Shown: positions 17,541 to 27,330, counted from the first letter of the stretch. The stretch: DNA of 32,000 bases from Pyrodictium abyssi (GCF_036323395.1 NZ_AP028907.1:660001-692000); one strand, 5' to 3'. Notes: generated from the letters alone by a model not told the origin. Program-made: numbers and translations.

Positions 17541-18272
17541 TGGTTGCCCGGCTCCACGGCTCTGCGCTGCCTCTAGACACGCCTCCAGCCCGCCGTCGAG
17601 CACCACGAGGCGTCGGCGTACCACCTCTACGCCCGGAGGCTCGACACGCCTCACCGAGGGGACGTAGGCGACGCAGCTGCCGACTAGCCTCCAGCTGGGC
17701 TCCCTTAGGGGGTCGCGGCCGCTGCGGCGTAGAGCCTCAATCATCTCGGCTAGGCTGGGCGTAGCGTGGGCTGGGCCTAGGCCGGCGGCGTGGTAGAGGC
17801 TTGAGATGTAATTGTTGAGGCCCACGCGGGCACGGTGGAGCAGATACCGGGCCGCGTCGCCGCCTGAGTAGAGCTTGACCACTCGGGAGTCGAGGAAGAG
17901 CAGCCGGCCGAGGACGCGGGAGACGTAGCCCGAGACTAGGCCAGCCGAGACGCTGGCCAGCTTCTCGACTCTGCCGCCGTAGGGCGGCGCCCCGGCGTAG
18001 ACCAGGTTCACCTCGTCGCTGACCACTAGGGTGCAGCAGCCGCCGAGGACGCGGAGCAGCTCAGCAGCTGCCCGAGCCAGGGCCCGGTGGACCCTCTCGT
18101 CCCGGGGCCACTTGAAGCCCTGGAGCCTGCGGCCCCACCCCACGCCGTCGAGGCGGAGCGCGAAGGGTGGCTCGACGCGCTCGCCCTGGAAGATCTCGCG
18201 TGCCTTGTACTCCGCCTCGAGCCGTGCCGGGTTGACCCCTAGGAGCCGCTGTAGGAGACGAGGGTCCAACAC
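17535..18272 (-). CDS. tRNA(His) guanylyltransferase-like (Thg1-like) 3'-5' polymerase family protein
   Basis: 245 aa; [47 protein letters not shown] match Thg1 motifs including the catalytic DG and SDE. Confidence 0.85.
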   Translation of the reverse strand: MLDPRLLQRLLGVNPARLEAEYKAREIFQGERVEPPFALRLDGVGWGRRLQGFKWPRDERVHRALARAAAELLRVLGGCCTLVVSDEVNLVYAGAPPYGGRVEKLASVSAGLVSGYVSRVLGRLLFLDSRVVKLYSGGDAARYLLHRARVGLNNYISSLYHAAGLGPAHATPSLAEMIEALRRSGRDPLREPSWRLVGSCVAYVPSVRRVEPPGVEVVRRRLVVLDGGLEACLEAAQSRGAGQPV

Positions 18273-18365
18273 ACTGCACCCATTGAGAGAAACCCCGAGG
18301 GCCCTCTGAGGGCCCCGTGCCGGAGCATGGGGCGCGGGGAAACCCGGCGTCGGGGTATCCGGGGG

Positions 18366-19592
18366 CTAGCGGCGGGCCTTCTCGGCCAGGAGCTTCTCTA
18401 CCTCCTCTCTTATCCTGCCTACGCCCTCGCGTATCCTCTCCACGCTTATCGCGTAGCTTAGCCTGATGAAGCCCTCGCCAGCCTTCTCGGGGAACACTGT
18501 GCCGGGTAGCGTGACTACTCCGCGGCTGTATAGCAGGTGGTCCACGAACTCCTCGGTAGACATGCCCGTCTCCTCGAGGACGCGGGCGACCCGGGGGAAG
18601 ACGTAGAAGGCGCCGCGTGGTACTGCTACCTCGAAGCCGGGGACACGGCGCAGCTCCTCGACCACCACGTCGCGGCGGCGGCGGCGGAACTCCTCCACCA
18701 TCTTCTTGACGGGCTCCCAGGGGCCGCGGAGCGCTGCTACTCCGGCGCGCTGGCTTATGCTCGGCGGGCAGCTGTAGACGTTCACGGCGAGCTTCTTTAT
18801 CCTGTCTATCACCGGCCGGGCTGCGACTAGGTAGCCGAGCCTCCAGCCCGTCATCGAGAAGGTCTTGGAGTGGCCGTTCACGTAGAGTACGTGGTCCTTC
18901 CACCCGCTGAAGGAGAGGATGCTGCGAAAGCCGCCCTCGTAGACGAAGTTGTCGTATATCTCGTCCGCGAGCACTACGAGGCCGTGCCTACGGGCTATCT
19001 CTAGCACGGCCTCTACCTGCTCTGGGCCGAACAAGGCGCCTGTCGGGTTATGCGGGTTAGTGAGGATTATCATCTTGGTGTGCTCTGTCACGGCCTTCTC
19101 TATGGCCTCGACGTCTAGCTCGAAGCCGTGGTCCTGGCCTCTCCACTTGAGGGGGACGAATACGGGCCTAGCGCCCATGGCGCGCGCTGTCTCGGGGTAG
19201 GCTGGGTAGCTCGGCTCCAGCACTATCACCTCGTCGCCTGGGCCCAGGTAGGCGGCTACAGCCAGGAATATGGCGGTCTTAGCGCCGGTCGTGGCTAGGA
19301 CCTCGTCTGGCTTCACGTCGGCCTGGTACCTTGTGTTGAGGTACTCTGCTATCGCCTCGCGTAGCTCGGGTATGCCCGCGGTCTCCGTGTAGCCGGTGAA
19401 CCTGTCGTCGAGGGCTCGCTTCCCCTCCTCTATGATATGGTCAAAGGTCGGGATATCGGGCTGGCCTACGCCGAAGCTTATCACGTCCACGCCGCGGCGG
19501 GCGAGCTCACGGGCCTTTGCTATGTAGAGGAAGCCCGCCTCGCCGCGGAGGCCCGCGATAACCGGCCGGATGAGCTTCTCTACAGCCGACAC
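18366..19592 (-). CDS. Class I/II PLP-dependent aminotransferase (aspartate aminotransferase-like)
   Basis: 408 aa; VISFGVGQPDIPTFDHI, LTNPHNPTGALF, DEIYDNFVYEG, VNGHSKTFSMTGWRLGY. Confidence 0.95.
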   Translation of the reverse strand: MSAVEKLIRPVIAGLRGEAGFLYIAKARELARRGVDVISFGVGQPDIPTFDHIIEEGKRALDDRFTGYTETAGIPELREAIAEYLNTRYQADVKPDEVLATTGAKTAIFLAVAAYLGPGDEVIVLEPSYPAYPETARAMGARPVFVPLKWRGQDHGFELDVEAIEKAVTEHTKMIILTNPHNPTGALFGPEQVEAVLEIARRHGLVVLADEIYDNFVYEGGFRSILSFSGWKDHVLYVNGHSKTFSMTGWRLGYLVAARPVIDRIKKLAVNVYSCPPSISQRAGVAALRGPWEPVKKMVEEFRRRRRDVVVEELRRVPGFEVAVPRGAFYVFPRVARVLEETGMSTEEFVDHLLYSRGVVTLPGTVFPEKAGEGFIRLSYAISVERIREGVGRIREEVEKLLAEKARR

Positions 19593-19946
19593 GCCCTACA
19601 GCACCCCACGCATGTAGAGGGTACCGCTATGGAGGGGGTTGTAAGGCTCACGTAGCCCCTAGGGGCGGGGTCGCCGAAAGGGCGTCCGTCCCCACCCGGG
19701 GGAGGGTCGGCTGTTAAGGCCCAGCTCATCCCCCACCCGTCAGCCGACCGGCTCCGGCGCCTAAGTAGGCTACTGGCGTCAAGCCTGGGGCGATGATGCA
19801 TATGGAGCGATGTGTATAGTGTGTTCTGCGACGTAGACGCCTGGGTGTAGAACAGGAGGAGAGCCAACAAGAGGGACACATTGACAACAACCAGTTTAGC
19901 GTTGCGGTAAAAATCGGTGGAGTGAGCCTGCTTATGGCGCTTGAGG

Positions 19947-21176
19947 CTACCTTAGCACTAGTATTCTGCGTGGCTTCTCGCCCGGCTCGACCGCCAGTAT
20001 CCTTAGGCCTATGACGTAGAGTAGTAGCCAGAGGCCGAAGCCGCCGACCACAGCCGCTGCCTCGACGGGGCTTGCCAGCAGCTCGTATAGCGCCTCAGCC
20101 CGGTACTCGTGGCCCACTGCCTGGACTGCTAGCGCCTCGTAGCTCGGCATAGCCTCGAGCCTCGCCATCTGGCCGGCTACGACCAGCGAGTGTAGCAGCA
20201 GGAAGGCGCCCACAATGCCCGCGACGGAGCTGGCCACCATTGCCGGCCTGCTCGCCTTGGCTCCGGCGTAGAGGCCCAGGGCTACCGGGGCGGCCACTGC
20301 TAGCAGTACGCCGAGCCAGAATACTCCTGCCAGCTCGCCGCTGACCAGCATGTCCCTGGCAACCGCTGCTAGGCTCCAGCCCTTCTGCTGCACTAGGCTC
20401 CACATTACCAGGAAGCCTACAGCAGCAGCCATGCCGGCCAGCTCCTTGGAGACGCCGCGGACACAGCACTCGCGCCACCGCTCTAGGGGCAGCGCGGTGA
20501 GCCTCGTTGCTACCTCGCCTAGGCCTATCGCCGTCCAGGCCGCGCCGAGCATGAACGCTAGCGCTATGTTGAGCACGCCTAGCGGCGCTGAGAACCACGC
20601 TGGCACTGCTAGGTTCTGGCCGAAGGCTAGCGCCAGGTTGTACTCGAGCGTTAGGCTCGCTAGCAGCCCGCCGAGCAACAGGGCGCGGCCGAGCGGCTTC
20701 GCCAGCGCCTCCTCGCCCCTCATGATGGTGTACAGCAGCGTCGCTACCACGAAACCGGCGTACGCTATGTAGAGTATACCGTTCCACGCTATCCTCGCTG
20801 AGGGGTTGAACCCCAGGTATATCCACATGCTGTGCCCGATGTGTGTTAGGTCGGCGAACACTAGCAGTATACCGGGCACCAGCAGCGCTAGCGCGAGCCA
20901 TAGCGTCTTCCTAGCTAGTGGCAGCGCTTCCTCCTCACAGTAGATGCCCAGCCTTATCGCGAGCGCGTCGAACACACCGCCGCTCGATATCGCGAAGAAC
21001 ACGTAGCCGGTTACCATCAGGCCCCAGGGCACTAGCGCGTGTAGCGGCGACGCCTCGCTCAGCGTCTGGTAGCCGTAGACGCCGTAGATGAAGAGTAGCG
21101 TCAGCAGAGCGCCGACGCCCAGGAGAGCGTAGCCCGTCACGCCCAGGCCTTTCTCTCCAGCCTTCCCGCCGGCCAT
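19947..21176 (-). CDS. NrfD/PsrC-type membrane anchor subunit
   Basis: 409 aa polytopic protein directly downstream of the FeS subunit in a catalytic-FeS-membrane operon. Confidence 0.85.
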   Translation of the reverse strand: MAGGKAGEKGLGVTGYALLGVGALLTLLFIYGVYGYQTLSEASPLHALVPWGLMVTGYVFFAISSGGVFDALAIRLGIYCEEEALPLARKTLWLALALLVPGILLVFADLTHIGHSMWIYLGFNPSARIAWNGILYIAYAGFVVATLLYTIMRGEEALAKPLGRALLLGGLLASLTLEYNLALAFGQNLAVPAWFSAPLGVLNIALAFMLGAAWTAIGLGEVATRLTALPLERWRECCVRGVSKELAGMAAAVGFLVMWSLVQQKGWSLAAVARDMLVSGELAGVFWLGVLLAVAAPVALGLYAGAKASRPAMVASSVAGIVGAFLLLHSLVVAGQMARLEAMPSYEALAVQAVGHEYRAEALYELLASPVEAAAVVGGFGLWLLLYVIGLRILAVEPGEKPRRILVLR

Positions 21177-21203
21177 GGGTATTCACCCCACCTCCATGAG
21201 CGT

Positions 21204-21878
21204 CTACTTGCCTGTACGGGGCTTGGCTGGGACACGCTGCGGTGGTATGAAGAACAGCTTGGGCCGTGTACCCAGTTCAGGGGCTAGCGTGACCGCCATA
21301 CCGCTCCGTACCGCCTTGGCCACCTCGCTCTCCGGGTCGTCTAGGTCGCCGAACATCCTCGCACCGAAGGCGCAGGCCTCGACGCAGGCGGGTGTCCAGT
21401 TGCTGGATGTGGCGCTGCCACGGTGTATACAGAACGTGCACTTGTCGGGGTAGCCTGGTAGTAGCGCCTCCTTATGGGGCGCTGGGCCCGCTATCCTGCC
21501 GCGGTACATGGTCCTAGCGCCGTAGGGGCAGGCTATGACGCATGCGCGGCACCCGATGCACCTGTTGTGGTCCAGCATCACCACACCGTTCTCGGTGATG
21601 TAGGTGGCTCCGGTCGGGCACGCAGCCGCGCATGGCGCGTTCTCGCAGTGCAGGCACTGTATGAAGTACGTGGTGCCGCTGAACGGGTAGCCCTCTGCCG
21701 GCATCGCTGCTGGCTTTGTGCGGGCGTAGTAGGTGCTGTTGCCCTCTGGCAGCTCTACCCCGTCACCGGTCTGCCTCATCACGTTCTCTCGGAGGCACGC
21801 TATGGTGCACGCCATGCACGTCACACAGCGGTTAAGGTCTATTACCATTCCCATCCTGGCCATAGGCACCGCCTCCAC
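21204..21878 (-). CDS. 4Fe-4S ferredoxin-type electron transfer subunit
   Basis: 224 aa; CVTCMACTIACLREN, CIQCLHCENAPCAAACPTGA, CIGCRACVIACPYGA, CTFCIH...CVEAC. Confidence 0.95.
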   Translation of the reverse strand: MEAVPMARMGMVIDLNRCVTCMACTIACLRENVMRQTGDGVELPEGNSTYYARTKPAAMPAEGYPFSGTTYFIQCLHCENAPCAAACPTGATYITENGVVMLDHNRCIGCRACVIACPYGARTMYRGRIAGPAPHKEALLPGYPDKCTFCIHRGSATSSNWTPACVEACAFGARMFGDLDDPESEVAKAVRSGMAVTLAPELGTRPKLFFIPPQRVPAKPRTGK

Positions 21879-21885
21879 CTATACC

Positions 21886-24429
21886 TTAGAGCTTCTCAAC
21901 CTTGACTACAAAATCGTGCTGAGCAGCCCTGTAGCCCTCTTCCGGTACAACGCTCTCCAGCGGGTCGCCCAGGAAGTTGTTGTTCACGCCATATCCGCCG
22001 CCGTTGCTGAACAGCTTCACCGTTACCTCGCCGTTAGCCGTCTCTATCACAGCCTTCTCGGGGACCACAGCCTTGTCTATCGCTGTTGCGTGCGGCGCTG
22101 CTAGTATGGCTGGGTGCACCTTGTCTGACACCTTGACCCTCGCTATTATCTCGCCGTTGGGGCCCTTCAGCCTAACCATGTCGCCGTCCCTTAGCCCTAG
22201 CTTCTTGGCCCTCGACGGGTGCATCAGCACTCCGTAGATGTGCTTCCACTCAAGCACGTCCTTCGTCAGCCTCGAGAACCTCATGAACGTGTTTATGGAC
22301 GTCAGCGAGTCCTGGTACTCTACCACTACGAACTCGTTGTCGGCGAGCCCGCCCTTCCTCATCCAGAGGGGAGGCACCCAGCAGGGTAGCGGGTTGAGCG
22401 GCGACTCCTTGCCCAGGTAGTCGCGGTAGCTCTCAAGCATAGCAACGTTTACCAGCTCCAGCTCGCCAGTGACAGTAGCCAGCGGCTTACCGCCCCACGG
22501 ATGGTACTTGGGGCTCGTCCAGAGCAGCTTGTAGCCCTTCTCGCGGAGCTCGTTGTAGTCTATGCCCGCCTCCTCCGCCTGCTTCCTCTTGACCTCGACC
22601 GGGTCGACGCTGGCCCCCTGGTCTAGCTTGCCCAGCCTCTTCGCGAGCTCTACTAGTATCCACCATGTCGGCCTAGCATCCACGCCCTCGGGCGGGTCTA
22701 CTGCCTTCTGAGCGTCAACCACTATGCTCACGTAGCTCTTCTTAGCATAGCCCAGCGTGATCGACTCAGCCTCGAAGAAGAACGGCACCGGGAGCACCAG
22801 ATCGGCGTACATTACTGTCTCGTTGAACGTGGTGTCCAGGACGACTATGAACTCTACACGGTTCTCGTCCTTGAGCGCTTCTGCTAGCCGGCGGCCGCTG
22901 AGCGTGTGGGCCACAAGGTTCTCCAAGTGTATGAACAGTACGCCTATCGGGTAGGGCTTACCCTCTATTATGGACTTTACCAGGAGCTGGGACCAGCACT
23001 TAGACACCACGTTTTCTACGCCGTGCTTAGCCCAGTACTTGTATATCGCCTCGCCCTGGGTCTCCGTAGTCTCTATACCGAGTATGTCTATCGGCGACTT
23101 GAAATGGGGCTTCCCCGCGGGGAAGGCCAGGCCGCCCTTAGCGCCCACGCTCCCGAGCAGCACGTTGACGAGCATCTTAGCCCTGCTAAACATGCCCTCA
23201 TTGTAGTAGCGCGTAGCCTTGTAGTTGTGATCGATGAAGGTCCTCGGCGCTGCCCGGGCCATCTCACGGGCTAGCCAGCGTATCTCGCCGGCGGGCACGC
23301 CGGTTATCTTCTCGGCCCACTCCGGCGTGTACTCCCTCACAGCATCCCTCAGGACGAGCAGCACGGTCTTGACAGGGCGGCCCTGGTACTCGCCCTCGTA
23401 CTCCAGCGCGGGCTTCCGAGCCTCAGTCTTCAGCTTGAAGCGCTGGTCGTACTCGTCGTAGACCAGGTATGTCTTCTTTTTCTCCATGTACGGGTTGTCC
23501 TCGAGCCTCACCGGCTCGAGGGTGTCAGCGTAGAGAAGCATAGGCGCGTTCGTCCAGTTGACCAGGTAGTCAGCATTGTACAGGCGCTCGTTGAGGATCA
23601 CGTTGAGCAGCGCCAGGGCTATAGCTAGGTCTGTGCCTGGGGGTATGATGTAGTACTTGTCTGCCAGCTCAGTCAGCCTACTCTCGCGCACATCGAACAC
23701 AACAAGCTTCATCTTGTTGGCGCGGCCCTCGGTGAAGATCTTGGACCACGCCGAGGCCACTATGCCGCCCGCCGGGTTCCGGCCCATCAGCACCACTAGG
23801 TCGGCGTTAGCGTAGTCGGGCTGGAAGGCCGAGGGCCCCTTGGGGGAGCCGAATATGAACTTGTGGCCTATGTCCATCCCGGTGTGGCACGTGTCGCAGT
23901 GCTGCGTCGTGTTCGGGGTGCCCACCACCTTCTTGAAGAACTCCCGTACCAGGCCGCCTTCGAAGCCCTGGTGGCTCACAGCCACGATGCGCCAGGGCTC
24001 ATCCATGTACTTCCTGATCCTCTCGGCTAGTATGTTGAGCGCCTCCTCCCAGCTTATCTCCCTGAACTTGCCCTCGCCCCTCGCGCCGACGCGGAGGAGG
24101 GGCCTGCGTATACGCTCGGGCAGGAACCGTAGCTCCGGGATAGTCTGCGGGCGGCCACAGACCGCAAAGAACTGGTCATACTCGGGGTCACGGTTGTAGA
24201 CTACCTTGGCTATTACCTCCTTCCCGCCCACCTCCGCCACGTGTATCTCCAGCGGGCACTTCTGGCCACAGATTATGCACGCCGTCTTAGCCACCCTCGT
24301 CGCTGCCGGGGCTGCGCCGCTCTCCGCCCCAGCCACCAGGGTCCTGGGCCTAGGCAGTGCTAGCGGGAGCGCTGCAGCCGCTGCTGTAGCCGCCGTGAGC
24401 TTGAGCATCTCACGCCGCGTAATACCCAA
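21886..24429 (-). CDS. Molybdopterin oxidoreductase catalytic subunit (sulfur/polysulfide/thiosulfate reductase-type), TAT-exported
   Basis: 847 aa; twin-arginine TRREMLKLTAATAAAA, FeS motif CIICGQKCP...VCG, MGRNPAGG, SVVPEEGYR; substrate not determinable from the sequence. Confidence 0.92.
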   Translation of the reverse strand: MGITRREMLKLTAATAAAAALPLALPRPRTLVAGAESGAAPAATRVAKTACIICGQKCPLEIHVAEVGGKEVIAKVVYNRDPEYDQFFAVCGRPQTIPELRFLPERIRRPLLRVGARGEGKFREISWEEALNILAERIRKYMDEPWRIVAVSHQGFEGGLVREFFKKVVGTPNTTQHCDTCHTGMDIGHKFIFGSPKGPSAFQPDYANADLVVLMGRNPAGGIVASAWSKIFTEGRANKMKLVVFDVRESRLTELADKYYIIPPGTDLAIALALLNVILNERLYNADYLVNWTNAPMLLYADTLEPVRLEDNPYMEKKKTYLVYDEYDQRFKLKTEARKPALEYEGEYQGRPVKTVLLVLRDAVREYTPEWAEKITGVPAGEIRWLAREMARAAPRTFIDHNYKATRYYNEGMFSRAKMLVNVLLGSVGAKGGLAFPAGKPHFKSPIDILGIETTETQGEAIYKYWAKHGVENVVSKCWSQLLVKSIIEGKPYPIGVLFIHLENLVAHTLSGRRLAEALKDENRVEFIVVLDTTFNETVMYADLVLPVPFFFEAESITLGYAKKSYVSIVVDAQKAVDPPEGVDARPTWWILVELAKRLGKLDQGASVDPVEVKRKQAEEAGIDYNELREKGYKLLWTSPKYHPWGGKPLATVTGELELVNVAMLESYRDYLGKESPLNPLPCWVPPLWMRKGGLADNEFVVVEYQDSLTSINTFMRFSRLTKDVLEWKHIYGVLMHPSRAKKLGLRDGDMVRLKGPNGEIIARVKVSDKVHPAILAAPHATAIDKAVVPEKAVIETANGEVTVKLFSNGGGYGVNNNFLGDPLESVVPEEGYRAAQHDFVVKVEKL

Positions 24430-24500
24430 CTAGCTTCACCCTTGGAGCCTTCTAGGCAGCCAAGCTCGTCGGTAATGATAGATTAATATAAAGTTAGTTC

Positions 24501-24528
24501 CTTTACTTTAAATACATTCGAAGTAAAG
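24501..24528. promoter_or_regulatory. Operator-like inverted repeat CTTTACTT-N12-AAGTAAAG
   Basis: Perfect 8-bp arms (24501-24508, 24521-24528), downstream of the minus-strand TATA (TATATAAAG, 24532-24540), around the expected start site of the Mo-enzyme operon. Confidence 0.55.
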
Positions 24529-24544
24529 ATACTTTATATAACGA

Positions 24545-24558
24545 ACCTCAAGTGAGGT
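24545..24558. promoter_or_regulatory. Operator-like palindrome ACCTCA-AG-TGAGGT
   Basis: 6-bp arms, immediately upstream of the same minus-strand TATA box. Confidence 0.45.
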
Positions 24559-24729
24559 AAAATCTATAACACAGTAGTATCCAGTCAAACATATCTATAA
24601 AATAACAGTAACAGTTTCGATTATTTAAGCAACATAACACGCATAACAATGCAGCCAGAACACGCGCCAGGGGGACACGACACGCTATAGCCCCAGAACA
24701 GCAAAACACCATCCCCCGGGGGCGCAGCC

Positions 24730-25161
24730 GTGGAGAGGAACGAGAAGCTCGCAAAGCTGCTAGAGAAGGCCCTCAAGCCAATAGTAGACGTACTAGGCAT
24801 CAGCGTCGAGGACGTAGAGAGCCTCGAGATAGACCCCTACGGGCCACGAATAGTACTCGAAGCCCGGCCAGTCAGGCATAGCATCCGCAGCCTATTCCTA
24901 GACGCAAGCCCCGACGGCGTCGAGACAGTAGCAACCCTAGAAGCGCCCAAGGGGCTCAGCAAGAACCGCCTCGAAGAAGCACTAGCAGAGCTCATAGAGG
25001 AGTCCCCAGAGACACAGAGCGTAGAAGAGTACGACGTATCCTACGACCCAGAGGAGGGCGAGGTAACAGTAACCCTGCACGCCCGGCTCCTCGCAGAGCT
25101 ACCAGGCGTGGAGGAGCTGCACAAGCTCCTACAGAGAGCTCTAGAGAGGCTCCAGGACTAA
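24730..25161 (+). CDS. Hypothetical acidic protein
   Basis: 143 aa, GTG start, Glu/Leu-rich protein-like composition (MERNEKLAKLLEKALKPIVDVLGISVEDVE...). Confidence 0.7.
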   Translation: MERNEKLAKLLEKALKPIVDVLGISVEDVESLEIDPYGPRIVLEARPVRHSIRSLFLDASPDGVETVATLEAPKGLSKNRLEEALAELIEESPETQSVEEYDVSYDPEEGEVTVTLHARLLAELPGVEELHKLLQRALERLQD

Positions 25162-25224
25162 ACCCTAAAATAGCCCCCACCCAAGGCGATACATTCCCGT
25201 AATGGAGCCCTCCAGCCGGAGGGT

Positions 25225-25451
<227 letters not shown>

Positions 25452-25760
25452 AACCTTATACGGCGCTCTCCCTTTCTAGTCCCGACCGCGATAACGCTCA
25501 CTATGATGCAGTTACGTGACGACATACCTCCGGTTAATACCACATAAGACTCTCAAGGATTTATCGTCGAATATAAAGCTGACACATACCATTTAGAATT
25601 GCATGACCTATTGCGTACATTTCCTAGGCTTAGCTTATTGTGCTGTGTCACCAGGACAAGGTCCCAGTCACTCTATATGAGAGAAATTCAATTATTCTCA
25701 GCAAGTAAAAAAGCTGGGCTTTGATTACAGTACTGGACATCGCTTGTTACGAGCTAGAGT

Positions 25761-25823
25761 TTACTCTGTCTGGTTCTCCTGCCCCTTCTTCCTTCCGCTC
25801 TTCTTGGTACCCTTTCTCGCCAT
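25761..25823 (-). CDS. Possible 20-aa basic microprotein
   Basis: MARKGTKKSGRKKGQENQTE*, with AGGTGGG before the ATG and a TATA-like ATATATG at about 25874-25880. Confidence 0.3.
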   Translation of the reverse strand: MARKGTKKSGRKKGQENQTE

Positions 25824-25984
25824 TTAGGCCCACCTAGCTCTGCTTTTGCGTGTTGAGAGGAGCACTCTACACACATATATTCCAGCGTAAACTGCCAGGC
25901 TACTACGACCTATGAGACGCTCTGCATGATGCTTAGCGCTACACAGCACTACAAGCCATGAAACCGTTTGTCCAAAAGTAGTCA

Positions 25985-26902
25985 TTGATATCAATACAAT
26001 TTAACTTAGTTAGTATTTTATACATAACTAGGCTGATCTGGGTTAATAAATACGTTAATAAATTACGAAACTCTATAGAGAACCGCGTGATAGAGCCTCT
26101 ATGTACAGCTGATGCTGTATGCTTGACGCCAAGTTCTGCTCCGGAGAGTGATATAACATTGGTAGGAATAGGAAATATAGGAGAACAACCTCCCGAAGAC
26201 GAGTTCAAGAATCCAAAACTAACCCTCTTCAATCTTATAAATGCTCTGAAATTTTTCTATTCATTCAAGAGTCTTGAAAAGAAGCTAGGGGTGCCATCTC
26301 AAGTCTTATGGAGGTATACAACGCTGCGTGCTACTCCGGAGAAGGATACAGCTCAAAAAATTCTAGCCAAAATAAAGGAGCTCAAACTAGTTGAGGAGGC
26401 TATTCAGAGGACAGCAGCCGAAAAAGAAGATCTCTGGGCCGTATTCAGTAATCCCGGAGTCCTACAGCTCACCGCTCTCAAGACTCTTGATGAGTTTAAA
26501 AAGACAATAGATGTAGTTCTATCGGCTCCCGACGTTTACTCTGCGGCATTAGCAGCGATGATAGCAGCATACATGAGAGCTCGTTTGTGTCTTCCATCTC
26601 ACACACCCTTTGCAAAAAACGTAATAATAGAGAGCTACATTAATAGTTTTGGTAGTATTGATGCTATAGGACTACCACGTAAATGTATTCCGAAAAAATC
26701 TAAAATATTAATTGCTGCCTCGATACTCAAATATGACACCCTGTCGCCGCTCCTATCTCTGGTGCAGAGAATTGGAGCAGAAGTCAAAGGTGTGGTAGCA
26801 TTAGCGTCTCTCGAAGATGGAGAGCTTCTCAAGAACAAATTACCTCAAGGAATAAAAGTGCTAACAATAATAAAGTTAGATGAGATGAACAAGTACAAAT
26901 AG
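25985..26902 (+). CDS. HTH plus degenerate phosphoribosyltransferase-like protein (COG0856-like)
   Basis: 305 aa (start uncertain). HTH-like FFYSFKSLEKKLGVPSQVLWRYTTLRATPEKDTAQKIL; PRTase-like SKILIAASILKYDTLSPLLSLVQRIGAEVKGVVALASLEDG with a non-canonical PRPP loop. Confidence 0.6.
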   Translation: MISIQFNLVSILYITRLIWVNKYVNKLRNSIENRVIEPLCTADAVCLTPSSAPESDITLVGIGNIGEQPPEDEFKNPKLTLFNLINALKFFYSFKSLEKKLGVPSQVLWRYTTLRATPEKDTAQKILAKIKELKLVEEAIQRTAAEKEDLWAVFSNPGVLQLTALKTLDEFKKTIDVVLSAPDVYSAALAAMIAAYMRARLCLPSHTPFAKNVIIESYINSFGSIDAIGLPRKCIPKKSKILIAASILKYDTLSPLLSLVQRIGAEVKGVVALASLEDGELLKNKLPQGIKVLTIIKLDEMNKYK

Positions 26903-27021
26903 AACTATGCCAACTATGAATTCTGTTGATTCTATATCTTTCCTAGCTAGGCTGCTCGATAACTCTATGGAGAGGCTGCACTACAATTTAGCTAGAAAGC
27001 AGCCACCACAGTACTAGGGTT

Positions 27022-27330
27022 TCACTTGGTGTGTTTCGCTTGGTGTAATCCTGTCCTGGTCATCTCTACTATCTTAAAGAGCCTTGTTAAGGACATCATG
27101 CTGGCTATTCGCATGAGCTCCCTCTTGTACTCCTTGTTGAGCTTTCTGCGGAGGGGGCGTGGGACGCGGTGGCGGTAGAGTGCTAGGCGGAAGGCTATCC
27201 TGCTGCGTAGGAGGCGTAGCCGGAGCCATAGGTAGAGGGCTAGGAGGCTGGCTATGGCTGTGGCTGCGAGGCGGGCGGCCTGGAGCGCTAGGAGCGTGTA
27301 CGCTGCTAGTCTCCGCAGCCTTTCGGGCAT
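27022..27330 (-). CDS. Small membrane/basic protein
   Basis: 102 aa; TM AARLAATAIASLLALYLWLRL then a basic tail; start overlaps the upstream gene's stop. Confidence 0.6.
   Translation of the reverse strand: MPERLRRLAAYTLLALQAARLAATAIASLLALYLWLRLRLLRSRIAFRLALYRHRVPRPLRRKLNKEYKRELMRIASMMSLTRLFKIVEMTRTGLHQAKHTK

Noticed and set aside
18061-18903. 280-aa minus ORF overlapping the Thg1-like and aminotransferase genes
   Set aside because: It is out of frame with both supported genes and is a compositional artefact rich in Pro/Arg/Gly.
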